In this document: positions 32,411 to 45,873 of the stretch, one piece after another
Layout: each line of letters starts with the position of its first letter
How positions within the stretch are numbered: the first letter of the stretch is position 1
Assembly: GCA_002269645.1 (NCBI GenBank)
Contig: NIVC01001129.1
Location: 177,390-241,389, forward strand
Direction: 5' to 3'
DNA: 64,000 bases
DNA from: Macrostomum lignano
Taxonomy: Eukaryota
The notes under the pieces: generated by a model
Databases searched by the model: none
Seen by the model: only the letters and a program-made list of their open reading frames with translations
Told to the model about the DNA's origin: nothing
Translations under genes and position numbers: made by a program

Positions 32411-33754
32411 ACAATTCCCGTCTGGGAAGTTGTGTCCTAGCCGTTTTGTACCGGCCTCGACGCTATGGCAGTTGTGTGTGAAGCGTGACCTCTCGATAGT
32501 AGAATTGTGCCTAGTCTCACTTACTACTCAGACTCATGCAGATCAGGGACTGTAGTAAAGTTTTCCTGAGTAAATTTGAGTTTCTATCACTTTGGAAGCG
32601 TCTCAGGAACACCTCCTGACTAATACAAAGGTCAATAACTCCGTGAAGTGTCTGTATGTCGAAGGCTCCAGGACAATCAATTGACTACATTTCTTCTTTT
32701 AACTCAAAAACACTCTAGTGAAAAAAATTATCTTCAAAGATTAGGCGACTTTATTGTCAATTCTCTTTCACAATACGAGGTATCTATATAGGCGCACATG
32801 TGCTACAAGCACTGGGATTTCTGTAAAGTCTGTTGCGATCCTATTCCCAAAAGATTTTTGAGCTTGAAAGTAGCCATTGTTTTTTCCACAATTGCGAACC
32901 TTCTATGATTCTTAAGACTCGTAGAAAAAGGCTCTTGAAAATGTTCCTACCGCATTGTCCTTACTTGGGGGTTACTGACTTCAAGCAAGCCTATGAGAAA
33001 CTAAAAGTTCCTGCGAATCTAATTTTATTCAATTTTAACTATAAAGCGAATCTCCTAAAGAACTTCTTGTTGATTTAAAGTAAGTAGCTCGTATGCTCGA
33101 TTCCAACAAATTCATATCTCTCTCGTATTTCTCAGACGCATCCGATTCTGTGTGAGTTTCTTTCTCCCATTTCTAAGAATTCCTTCTGAGTTTGGACAGG
33201 TGATGTCGCCAGACGAAATTCTCACGAGTTTGAAATTCTTGCCTCGCATTGTTTTCAGTTCCAGCTATTGACACTACTGGAATGGGCACTTGTTTGGTTG
33301 GTCCAAGCACTAACAGGCTCTAAGAATATCTGACATAACCAAGGTGGATGCATGCATGGTGCCTTTTATGTCCATTGACATGCATGCAAACTTATACAAG
33401 ATGGTACAGATTTTATCAGCTAAATATCCCTTTGAGGCTGTCACTCATGACAAGCTCACCCACACAAATCGTAAAATAGCTACAAGTTAGATTTGCTGGT
33501 GTCATCGCAGATTCACATTTAGATTTTAGTAAAGCTGCACTAACTTACTTACTGCGAGTAGTGTGCTTGGGAAAAGTAATTAAAGAGTGTATTTGCTCAA
33601 AGCATCTCCGACTGTAAATATTATTGATTGCATATAGTTTTTCAGAAAAGTCAAGGCGGACTGTGCATAACCAATATTTATAATATTAATAATACTACTC
33701 ATTCGCACTCATACACACGCACTCATTCACACGCACTCATACACACGCACTCAT

Positions 33755-35050
33755 TCACACGCTCACACAGGGTTTAAAGTGACCTGAATTTCTAATCGTC
33801 AGGCATGTACACTGTGCCTTGGCGGCTGGCCCTCGTGGCTGTGAATCGCACGACAATCCGCCGGCCAATTATTGGTGCACACAAGCCCCAAATGAATATG
33901 GTGCTGGCGCCCCTGGTGCTGGCGCCCCTGGTGCTGGCGCCCCTGGTGCTGGCGCCCCTGGTGCTGGCGCCCCTGGTGCTGGCGCCCCTGGTGCTGGCGC
34001 CCCTGGTGCTGGCGCCCCTGGTGCTGGCGCCCCTGGTGCTGGCGCCCCTGGTGCTGGCGCCCCTGGTGCTGGCGCCCCTGGTGCTGGCGCCCCTGGTGCT
34101 GGCGCCCCTGGTGCTGGCGCCCCTGGTGCTGGCGCCCCTGGTGCTGGCGCCCCTGGTGCTGGCGCCCCTGGTGCTGGCGCCCCTGGTGCTGGCGCCCCTG
34201 GTGCTGGCGCCCCTGGTGCTGGCGCCCCTGGTGCTGGCGCCCCTGGTGCTGGCGCCCCTGGTGCTGGCGCCCCTGGTGCTGGCGCCCCTGGTGCTGGCGC
34301 CTCTATTGCTGGCGCCCCTAATCGCGTCTGAATTTTGGTTCGATTCGGTGCTTGTGAGCTCAAAAATTGGCCTTTGGGCTTTTCGTGCAATTCACGCACA
34401 TGATGGCCAGCCTCCAAGGCACAGGGAGTGTTGCAGAGAGGATTAGAAAGTGTGAGAAGATTTCGCTTTAGCACACTAGAGAGAGGGGAAAGGAGAGAGA
34501 GAATTAGGTCTAAGTGTCTAAACGCTCGAACTCCCACTTCCAGACACTAAGTCTGGGAACAAAAATGTAGTGCACTTACTGTTGCAGGCTCCTCGTCTTT
34601 GTCGGGCAGGTTCTCCGAGCTCGTGTCTTCAAATCTTCTTCTCCGGAGGAATCCCTCAGAGATGTAGCCTCGAGTAGCCTCTGCAGTAAGCTCAAGATGT
34701 TTTGAGGCTGCTCCGAGTCTGAGATTTTTAGCTCGGATTTTGGCTTGTATTTATAGGAAAACTTCGTGAAAAAACAGATTATTTTAGTAGGTGACAGTTT
34801 TGCGTTTTAGAAATTTGACCCCTATAGAATACATTAGGTTTGAGCATCGAATACCATATTCAGAGTTCTAATTTTAAATGTTGCACAAGATGGTCATTTG
34901 TTGCTTTCATGGTCTTAAATACAGTGTGACAATTTGCAGTTTTTAGCTTTTGAGTTTTTACGTTTTTACGTTACTACTTAAAATACTTTACTTTGTACCG
35001 TATTTGGAGATCTCTACAAGTCAAGGCCGCTGTAAACACTGTATTTGCGC
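33755..35050. mobile_element. Fold-back module 3; 15-bp array 33900-34319 (~28 units); solo LTR 34451-35018 in right arm
   Basis: Paralog of 23940-25430. Confidence 0.75.
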
Positions 35051-35667
35051 GACTGTAAAACAATTATTGGACAAATTATCAATGCATCATACAGCGTTTC
35101 AAATGTAAATACGGTAATAAATATGAACAAGATAAAACCGATGCTTTTAAATCTGCATGCACAACGTGTTCGCGCATCCACACAGCTTGCTGATCCTCTA
35201 TTTGATGTAGCAACTGACCGGAAGCTTCCAGTTTTGTGGCTGCTGTTACTGCATTGTCGATAAGACAAACAGCCTGAGGCAGCACAGAGCAAGCTAAATA
35301 TGAGCTAGAGATGAGAATTTATCGCGAAGAAGAAGTTGCATTAGCTAATAGCAGAAACTGAAGCAAGCAGTCATGGTGACAGGATGCTTGCTTTTCTTGA
35401 AAAACTTATCTAAAAGGCGCACTAATGGATCCACACGCAGTTTAATGGGCAAACAAAGTTTGCCATTATGTTTGCTCGCTAACTGAAAGCTAGCCAAGCT
35501 TTAAGCGTTTTAGTGTTCTGAATGGCTTCCGCTGACTGATGGACAGCTAGATAAGACAAACCGGAGAGATTGGAAGACAATTTTGCTACTTTTGAGCATT
35601 CACGATTGCATAGGAGTTTAGTTACTCCAGTATCCTGAGAAACTGGTGCGAAGTTTCTACTTTACGC

Positions 35668-35724
<57 letters not shown>

Positions 35725-35725
35725 A

Positions 35726-35770
<45 letters not shown>

Positions 35771-35824
35771 ACGCTATCTATCTATCTATCTATCTATATA
35801 TGGTATCTATCTATCTATATATGG

Positions 35825-35922
<98 letters not shown>

Positions 35923-35923
35923 A

Positions 35924-35976
<53 letters not shown>

Positions 35977-36000
35977 AAACTACACCCATAAGGATACATG

Positions 36001-36905
36001 TGTAGTGACTGGCTGCTAACTAGCTATTCAGCAGCATTCACTAGCTTTCCCTAAGGGTGCTGTGATCCGCTGCACAGTAGCTCAGTCCACCTGATCTAGT
36101 GAGAGAGATACCCTGTGCTGGGCCTAAGTGTTTACTGCCCGATGACTCATCGCCTGAGCAGGCGCGGGCAGCCACACTCAATGTCTTCCCACTCGCGCTG
36201 AGGAGGCGTAGCAGGATGACTCATCACCTGCGCGGAGTGTAAGGGCTGCCTAGAGGGAGTAAACAGGATGACTCATCCGCCCATGTTATATTTTTAGCAC
36301 AGAAAAGCACGTGACTGTGCACGCACACTGTGCGTGGCCACTGACCTTGAGTCACGCCACTGCTGCGTGACAGGCTTGCCTTATTTGGAAGCTGGCCTTG
36401 AATCACGCGTCGCTCGCATGATTTTAGTGACCAAATAAGGAAGTTTCACGCGCTCACCGCATGAAACTCACGTGACTTTTGGGAGTCCGCTCGGCTATAA
36501 ATACGGAGCATCTGCGAGCCATTTTTCTCCAGATCGCGTCGTCCTGCCTGAGCTCGACCGGAGCTGCCTCTCTGCCTCCGAGCTCTCCTCTCTCATTTCA
36601 GGTTTTACAGATTTTCAGGTTCGAGCAGCATTTAACTAAGACGATCGACTGTCGAGACGTTTTTCAGATTTGCCTTTGCTCCGAGCGACTTCATTATTTT
36701 ATTTCAGGTGACGGATAGACAACTCTGCCGACGCGTCGAGTCCGCATACCAAGGTGGCAGCAACCCTACCAAGTCAAGGCTAACGTTTTAGGTTCTTTTT
36801 CAGGCAAATCGATAGGTAGTACAACGGTACTACCTAGCTACTTCAGGAGCAGCGGGTTCTATTTCTAGGAACACCTTCAAGAACTCGGGAAGGAGTAGTA
36901 CATCA
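36001..36905 (+). mobile_element. 905-bp solo LTR (duplicate of 26329-27233)
   Basis: TSD CATG 35997-36000 / 36906-36909; TATAAATA at 36496. Confidence 0.85.
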
Positions 36906-37492
36906 CATGCCTGAAGATTAGAAAGTCAGGGTCGCTGCACACCCTGAGCAAGAGTGTGCATGAGTGCTGTGCCTGCGTACAGTATTGGCGCGCTTGCATG
37001 TGCGCAGGAGCCGGCGGAATGGGCAGAATTGCGATCAGCGCTGCTTGTGGGATGATGTCGCCGAAGGCTTTGCGCTATGATGCCAACAACCTTTCTTAAC
37101 TCTTCTTTTTGATAAGTTGATACCGGTATTCTCAGTCACTGGATTTACAGAGCTAGACAATTATTGGCGTTTCACTCGTGTTGGTTTCAAACACCTGAAT
37201 AAACGTTAAATACCGGAAATCAATCGTCCAAAATATTATTGAATTTTCATAAATTATTTGCCTTTGCAGAAACAGAGCATATCGAGTCCACTACTGATCG
37301 TACATTTAACGTGGTCAAGGATGCTATGCTTCAAATATTTCAACCCAATTATAATTCCCCCTCTTTGTGATTGGTTTAGAGAACATGTATTTAAGTTTTG
37401 ACACGACGCATTTCTGATTCCCTTTGGAAGCCATTTCCATTTGAAGCATAAAAATTTATTCTGAAAAATCATTGCTTCAAAAAGCTAGGGAA

Positions 37493-40400
37493 ATGAAAAC
37501 GTTGCCAATGATCTTCAATTTAACTCTGCTGCTGGTTTTCTGCTGCGATTTCGCTCAAAAAGTGCTTGGTAGGTTTGATTTAACCGCGTCTATCTATCTG
37601 TCTATCTATCTATCTATCTACGCTATCTACTATCTATAGCCAGGACCTGCACCGGAGCGGTTACGAAAATTAGATTTCTCGGTAGTTGCACGTACTCTTT
37701 TGCACTACTTGAGTAGTCTGATTTTCGTTCGGCATGGCTGGTTGTTGTTGTTGTTGCTGGTTCCAGCAGGTGGTTTTGTCTCGCATAGAGACGCCTAACC
37801 GCAGTCACTTCTGTGAAACTTGTCTCTGCCTGGCTGAAAGCTTGTAATGAGTGAGTAGGCTGGGTTGGAGGGTAATAGTGGATCGGGAGGGGCTGTGGGT
37901 AGCTGTATAGGAAGGCAGGCCTATACCTGTACCAAGGTGCTCTGACGGTATCCCTCAGGCGCCCTCTGAGCGTACAGCCAGCGACCCTATTAAAGCTGGA
38001 GTGTGCCAGAACCAGGACTGAGTCTGAGCAGGACGAGACCGTTGGCACGGTCATAATAGAAATGGCGGGTTGGCGAAGAAAAGGGTGAAATAGTCCCGGC
38101 GATTAGCCCTCCTGCCGCTTCAAAGATAAGAGACTGTCTGTTGGCAAGAGTACCCGGGGTTTAGTTGGGGGGGAGGCTCCTTCGGGTTGCCACGGCCGTG
38201 GGGGCGGTCTTATGACCGGTGTTTTGGCCTATCTAACCCAGGAGAAGGCACGGGCTCCCCTGAATGGTTCACTCTTCTCCCTCTAGCCTCGGGGAGGTTT
38301 ATGATTTGTACCCGGGGGTGGTGGGCGGTCGGCCCCAGCATGGTAGCCACGGCTCTAGGCCTTCGGGCCATCCCTAATAGGCTTGGGTCTATCTAACCTG
38401 GTTTTTGGGCACGGGCTTCCTGACTGGTATGTCGTTCCGCTGTCACTGTCCCCCGGGGAGGTTTGGTTTTTTTGATACAGCCCTGTACAGTCCTCTATAG
38501 TCTAACTTGGCTTTTAGTGTACATTAGTACACTCCCTAGTAGGAAACTTATTTATGTCTAGTGGCGTAAGAGCCTATTTCAATGGCTGAGGCGCCGGAGC
38601 ACTTATTTAGTTAGTTAGTTAGTCGTTCGGCATGGCTGGTTCCAGCAGGTAGTTCCTCTGGATAAAAGCGCTTACCGCGCCCATTGGCTTTCCAGCTGCC
38701 TTAATCGTTTCCGGTGATCTTGTGTGCGTGCTTTCAGCTTGATTGGCTGCGGCTTGGTGACAACCGGCAAGAGGCATTGCTGCCCATTCCACCGACTCCC
38801 CTGTGCAGGCACACAAACGCTTGGATATATACGCACAGGCACTCACTCACACAGGAGTGTACAGCGGCCCTAACTTTATTTATCGTTTTGTCTTGGGGCT
38901 TTGGCCCTCAAGGCCATAAAGTGCACGAGCAGAGCCAAGCCGAGATTCCAATTTAGCCCCAAACTGATGTGACTGCACTTGGAATCGAGCCTGGGCCGCT
39001 GGCACACCAGAGCGCCGCGACAGACCACTGGGCTCCGCCCCTCCTAGACTGCTGTTAGTAGAAGCTCGAGATGGGACGTCCAATGAGAAAATATTTCAAC
39101 TCAGTTTTCTATGAAGAGGTAGCTTCGACAGATCGAATTGAGATTGATACACAAGAATAGGTAGCTTTGGGCAGATTTAACGAATTAGACTAAATAAATA
39201 AATATACTGTCATATGTGCATCGTCTGCAGGTGCCGAGAAAATCACCGTTCCCAAAACAAGCCTGCTAAGCAGTCTTCAAAGTACCGCTCAAACGACGAC
39301 CCAGCCCTGGCCAACAACGGCAACACCGGCGGCTCCCTTGTGCGCCTGTCGAACTGCTTCGAGTGCGCGAACAACGACCCGCTACCCTGGTGGATGGTTG
39401 ACATGGGCGAGATCTACTTTGTCCACCAGGTGAAGGTGTGGAACAGAATCAACTGCTGTGCTGACCGGTTTCGGCAGGTTAGCGTTGGTAAGTTGCTGCT
39501 GCGAAGATTTTTTAATCCATTGTTTTACATTAACTACGAGTACATTGCAGCGATGGCAAAAATTTAGGTTTGATTTTTTTCTTTTTCACTAGTGTACATG
39601 TATCTTTTACTAATCGAAATGCTGAGAGCGGCATAAAGCTTGCATTTTGTGTTGGCATATTGGTAGCAATTTCGAGTATTTTATGTCAGCTCCATTAATC
39701 CGAATCAGTTCGACGAGTCTGACTGGTCAATATGCTATAGACGATTATCTTTTTGAAAGGGCAAGAATCACCTGGCAGGCTGGAGCTCAATGCTTTATGC
39801 CTGCCGCTTGAGAGATTGTTGGTAATTACGAGCGTAATATTAACTTTGCACAAATATTAGCCTGCCTCCAAATTTCCAGAGATTTTTCCATAAGAGACTT
39901 ATGGGATAGTCTTCGTACTTTGAAGATTCGGGCACCTGGCTCAATGTTTCTACTTTGCTAACCCCTGAAATATGCCTCCCTAATCAAATCCTCTCTATAT
40001 TCCAGGTGTGGCTAAAAATCCCATCGTATGGACGTCCTTCAACCAGGACCTGTTCGAACGCTGCGGCTACTGGCCCGGGGTGGCCACGGTGGCTGACAAT
40101 CCCATCGTGTTCACCTGCCCCAGCCCCATCGGAGGCAGGTACCTGGCAGTGTACAAGAACACCAGCGGACTGAGCGACGGCAGTGCCAGGCTGCACTTTT
40201 GCGAGGCTGACATCCTGGCAGGTTAGATGGGCCTTTGTACGAGCGTAGCTTTGGTAGTTCCTTCATATAATGTTCTGGCAGTTCAAATATAGGAACAATG
40301 GGCTACATCACCGTCACTGAGTGTTACTTGGGCTGATTAATAGGCAACAAGATTAAGACGCGCCGGTAGATACTGAGCTACCGTATTTAATTTAAGTCAC

Positions 40401-40740
40401 AATTATTGGGTATTTCTAGTTCGCTCTTGACCATCACCTTATTTTATTAAAACATATTCTTAAAAATTAAATTTCAGTCCTAAAGCCGTCCATGATCTCG
40501 TTCAAGGCCAAGGTCATTCCGCCAAGGTTCTCAACAAAGCCAACCGACTCGCAGCTCGATGGCTCTCCAATTGCTGTCAAGTTGAACATCGCCTGCGTGC
40601 GTGAGTGCGGCAGCCACCCAATGTGCCTCTACACTCTGTACAAGCAGGGCAACTGCTGGCTGTTCTCATCTGGCAGCATCTCCGATAGCTTCATCAGCAT
40701 CCTGAGCGGTGGAGATGCCAAGTTCATGCAGCTGAACTAA
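37493..40740 (+). pseudogene. F-type lectin + PAN gene copy 4 with a 1-bp deletion in exon 2
   Basis: Exons 37493-37568, 39231-39487 (257 nt, CCCAAAAC versus CCCAAAAAC in paralogs), 40006-40221 and 40478-40740. The frameshift leads to an early TGA. It could be a homopolymer sequencing error. Confidence 0.75.
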
Positions 40741-41304
40741 TCATCAACTATTCGGGAAAGTTTTGAAACAAGCTAAACTGAACTCAAATAATCAAACAGG
40801 TTTAAAAAATTTCAGGTGAAATCTAAAGCCAGCGCGAAAAGAATTATTAATAATAAGCTACTGTTTTAAATGATGTGATTAAAATAAAGTAAATTTATAA
40901 TTTCCCAATTATTTACCGTGTAACACAGATATTAGAATAACTAGATGGTCCACTCAGCACATTTGCGCCTTTTAGCTACTTTCAGTTCAGTAGTAAGTCA
41001 AACTGAAGAATTTTAATGTATTTTTAAACACAAGGATTATTCTTTAATACCTGAAGAACAAGAACCTTCAGGCCTTATATAGACTCCATACAGAAACCTC
41101 TACCTTTTTTCCCTAGCCAGCAAAAGCAGGAAATTTCATTGTTCGCAGGAAACAGAAAGAATATTTTGATGTGGTCTTTCAACTTCTTAAAAATTATTTC
41201 GAAAAATAAGATCTGGGTTTGAAGAACTACCTGTAGAAAGAACAACGCTATTAAATAGCTTTATATATACAGTAATAGCACTACGAGGTGGAACTCTTTG
41301 GGGC

Positions 41305-41530
41305 AGGTTCCGACACCTGGATCCTGACGGATGCCTTGGAGAGGCAGCTGGACGCTGCGCACGCGGCCATGCTGCGAGCGGCGTTCGGAAAGCAGCGGTC
41401 CAGACAGCGAGACCAATGCGCCGCGCTCTGCAGGTCAGATGCGGCCTTCTGACCTGCCTACGCCGGCGGCGACTTCGACTGGCTGGTCACATCATTAAGT
41501 CTGAGGCCCGCTGCCCTGAGCCGCTGCTCT
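41305..41530 (+). mobile_element. Degenerate non-LTR (RTE-like) retrotransposon fragment, C-terminal part of RT ORF
   Basis: GSDTWILTDALERQLDAAHAAMLRAAF followed, after frameshifts, by LRRRRLRLAGHII, matching the post-RT region of RTE-clade LINEs. Confidence 0.7.
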
Positions 41531-41584
41531 CTGACTTCTCCCCCTTTCTGGCTACACTGCGTGGCTGGCGGGGTGTAGTATGTT

Positions 41585-41766
41585 TTGTTGTTGTTGTTAT
41601 TGTTGTTGTTATTGTTATTGTTGTTGTTGTTGTTATTGTTGTTGTTATTGTTGTTGTTGTTGTTATTGTTGTTGTTATTGTTGTTGTTGTTATTGTTGTT
41701 GTTATTGTTATTGTTGTTGTTACTGTTGTTGTTATTGTTGTTGTTTTTATTATTGTTGTTGTTGTT

Positions 41767-41799
<33 letters not shown>

Positions 41800-41910
41800 A
41801 TTGTTGTTGTTGTTGTTGTTGTTGTTATTGTTGTTGTTGTTATTGTTGTTGTTGTTATTGTTATTGTTGTTGTTAGTGTTGTTGTTTTTGTTGTTGTTGT
41901 TGTTGTTGTT
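41585..41910. repeat. (GTT/ATT)n trinucleotide microsatellite
   Basis: Direct. Confidence 0.97.
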
Positions 41911-44900
41911 GGGGCAGGTCAAGAGGAGTAAGGAGAAAAGAAACACATAATTTCTTTATTTTTAATTAAGAAGTTCAGACGATTGAGATATATTGTGAAC
42001 TAAGCTAGTGCTAAGAAAACTGAAAACTTACTCGCTAATCTTCTTTGCGGCGAACACCGGCAAACTTCCAGCAAAATTTGCAGCCAGCTTTTGAAAGCAG
42101 TAAAGCGGAGTGTGGATCGACCGTAGACCCTTGAGCTTGCCAAAGAGTTTCTTGTTCATATAAGGCTTTTCAGGTAACCATGGTTTCTAGCGTAAGCAGG
42201 ATGCCTTACCCTAAATGTAAGCACTAGTAAAGCGCTGCACTTTTGTGCTCACTCATGTCAACAATGCATGCCATTTGAGCTTCTGCCTGTGAGAGTCTGC
42301 TTCTGAGAGAAACAATGGGTGAATGGCTCACTGAGCATGTTAAGAGCCAGGAAAAGCACTTGTAAGTACTTGGTTGTAGTTAAAGGCTCAAGTTTTCCTC
42401 TTAAGACTCTAAGCCACTAGTTAATGAAGACAAAGTCTTCGCCCCAGTGAGCTTTGGGGTTGGAATTTTATAATACCTAGTGTTGTATCGATTATTTAAA
42501 GACTTTCAAGGCATTATTAACGCTGATGCTCCTAATATTTTGCGTCGTGTCATACATAAAGTTAGCCTAATAGATAAAGTAGGGCGAGAGTTGTAAAATG
42601 TCTCTAACGTCAAATGATTTATAGGAAGGGAATTAGGGATGTCGATTCCCCAGGGAATTATCTTATCGGGGACCCCGGTGAAAAGAAAAAATAAGTAAAA
42701 ACGGCGGATCACTTAGATTGTAAGTGGAATTTTTTAAACTTTGATTTAAGCTTTGTACTACATGTTCAAGGCGCAGGGGTAAAAATTTTAAACAATGTTT
42801 TTTTAAACTGTATTTGACAATGTGGCATCACGAAATCGTGCGCGCACCTTTATCGGAAAAGTGCATTTGTTGGAATGCATGCTAAACAGCTACGCTCGTG
42901 AGAGGATAATTAATGAATGAGACTGTTTTTATAATCGGAATTTTATTTCTTGCATATATATGTAAATCACCATTTTGTCCTTGTCTAATAGGGAGTATAT
43001 GTATGACACCCCCCTATGCGTCAGTGCCTGACGCATGACGCAGCGCTGCGCCTGCGTCAAGCCGTCAACGCAGACCAACACAGCAGTCACTAGTCAGTAA
43101 GGCTTCTTTTTCCTGACGGGTTTCTTTTCTACGTGCAATTTGCTTGATTGAATGACTTATTAGTGAAAAAACAATCAAACGTGTGTTGTGTTTCAAATAC
43201 ATGTAATGCATTGAAATAAGCAATTATGCGGTAAAAGAGCATAGACAGAGTTTCAATCAGCTTTCTGTGAATCAGTTTCTTATTTTAATGGCAAAAATTA
43301 AGTTACAAATGCATTTTTTCATATTTTTTCTCCCCAGGGTCCCCGGTTAAATTCCCCGGAGAGTATTCCCCGACAAGCTCCCCGGGGAGCACTCCCGGGG
43401 TCAACATCCCTAGAAGGGAAACTACGAGCATAAGTTCTGCAACACATATACAAGTAGCTAAGCATTAATAGACGCACTGCACCGATAAAATGTAATGGAA
43501 TTGCTCGAATCACCGACACCAAGACCCATAAAACTGGAGAAACTGGCAGGATATAGTAGATACATGTAGGTCAGAATCAGAAGTGATCATGGGTGGGTGG
43601 GTCAAGTGATCATGGGTTCGACCTCGATTGTATTATTCCTTCTTAATCTTATGCAATTAATTGTAAATTAGGTATGAAGTAACAGTAATTATCCTTGACC
43701 ATGCTAGAGTAAAGACAAGTCAAAGTCAAGTTAATAAAAATAGACACACAGTGTAACAATAACAATGGTTTTTAGAGCCATTTTTCTTGTCTGTGTTTGT
43801 CTTTGTACATACATGTACATTTGGGAAGACTTATCTGGACCCAATCCCTTCTTATTCTACATGTACGCTGTTTTGGGTATGGGGGTTAGAGTTGGGCCGT
43901 CTGACACCCCCCTCCCCCCCCTACCATAGTGGACTGGAGAGAAAGAAGCACATGCTATCGCTATTGGCTAGCCTGTCGTTCTCTTTCTCTTTACCTTCTG
44001 TCTTGTGTAGCGTACACTATCCAATGCACAAGGCCCAACTTTCCACTAAAGGAAGGTTCATATAGTCCGCCCATGGGCTTCCTCTTGCTTTCGCGTACAC
44101 TCAAGGCCACTCACTCTCAACACCAGCCACTAGAGGCTTGTTTTAAATAATCGATCGATAATATTAAATGTACACTTGAAAGCTTGCTTTGGATCCTAGC
44201 AGAAGGGGGAGAAAGTGGCCAAGGCCACCACACCCCACAAGGCAGGCAGGCCGGCCCGAGTGCGATAACGAATGACAAAAAAATAGAAAAGTACAATTTA
44301 CACATCAACTTTCAATACAATAAATACAATAATAGGTACGGTATTAATGACAGTGTATTTTCGCACAAAGTAGCTACGTTCAAACCACCAGCACGTAAAC
44401 AGCTAAAATTTCACTGTTTATGAAATTTTATAAAATTTAACACATCATTTTAGATATTGAAAACTTTTAAAGGAGGGTATTACTGTTGCATGTGACTATA
44501 AAATCGTGGTAGGTATAGCTGATGATGAAACTGGTGATTGGTATCTAGCTTTTTTGATAACTTAGCCGGTTAGACCCCGAAATAGCTATTGTAATTTGTA
44601 ACGCTGGAGCCAAATACAAATACAATGGAGCAATTAGTTTCTCTCAAATCTGTCTCTGCCAGTGCCAGTTTAGTCCATAGTAAGTAACCAAAGTAAAATA
44701 CCCATTAGTGGTCCCGTTTCTAATGTTTATAAATATTAAGCTTCAGTTTACTTTTGGCACAGTATGCAATTTTGAAAATTCACCCTAATAACGGTTTGCA
44801 CCAGCAGGAAAGCAACTATTTTGTTGTTGGAAATCGGATTAAGCAGTCAAAAGAGTGTATTTCTATGAAAAAAGGTACTTTTTTCCATTTTTTCAAATAT

Positions 44901-45671
44901 TTAAACAGGTTTCGCTCTTTCAATAAAAAAATCATCGCAGTACCTTAAAGTACAGTTAGTTTGGAATTAGATGACGGCGTTGAATTGTTTCTTCCATATT
45001 CCAAAAATTATAATGAGCACTTTTCCTCAAATCAGTTTGAGATCATGATTTTTAGTCTTTCGTCGATAACTTTCTGATTTCAAATGTTTAAGAATTGAAA
45101 ACTTCCACACTTGTGTATCTTTGAATTGCGCATCAATTGGTGCATAGTATGTATGCTTAACTATTAGCAGTATAGAAAAAAATGCAAAAAACTGTAAAAG
45201 TACATTTTCAATTTTTGCATTTTTTGCAACCAAAGTGCCAACTTTTTGATACAATTGAAAAAAACAACCCAATAATGTTATGCATCTTAGTAAGGCGCAC
45301 CTATAACCCTCGAACATTTTTAGCTCGAGTTTTAATGTGCATGAGGAAATGCACTTTTGTAAAGACATAATCTTAAGACAAACATTTCAACTGAAGCCTG
45401 TTCCTTTTCTCCGCAGTGAATCCATACAAAACTATACTCGTTAAATAGATCAGATTCTTCTCTTTAAAATGACACCTCACTTGTGAAATTCGCACTTGTA
45501 GTTTTGAAGTTACAGCAGTTTTTGTGAGATTTTTCTTGTCATTTTTTCGATGCACACGTCTCATATTATTATATTCGTCACAAGCCAGACCACCCAATGC
45601 GCTTCGCGCATTGGCTGGCTGTTTGTTCCTCATGCTCGGCACTTTGTGCCTCGCGCGTTCGCTCCGCTCAC

Positions 45672-45720
45672 CCCACAAACCCAAGGACACGCGCTTCGCG
45701 CGTGTCCTTGGGTTTGTGGG
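45672..45720. other. Perfect 23-bp hairpin with 3-nt loop
   Basis: CCCACAAACCCAAGGACACGCGC-TTC-GCGCGTGTCCTTGGGTTTGTGGG. Confidence 0.95.
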
Positions 45721-45873
45721 TTTCGCGGAGCTCACTGGGAACTAGCTGCAGCTTCAGGAGAGGTTTAGATTCTTTTTAAGCAGAATTTCTTTCCAAATTT
45801 TCTGTAGACATTTTTTCTCTAAATTTTACTCAACATTTTCCAAGAAGAATTGCTAGTTCGTAAAATAAACGCG

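Noticed and set aside
41416-41950. Poly-Val/Leu/Cys/Asn ORFs
   Set aside because: (GTT)n microsatellite.
44515-44540. CTGATGA...GAAA hammerhead-like core
   Set aside because: No room for stem II and no flanking stems; other CTGATGA sites inspected also lack the geometry.
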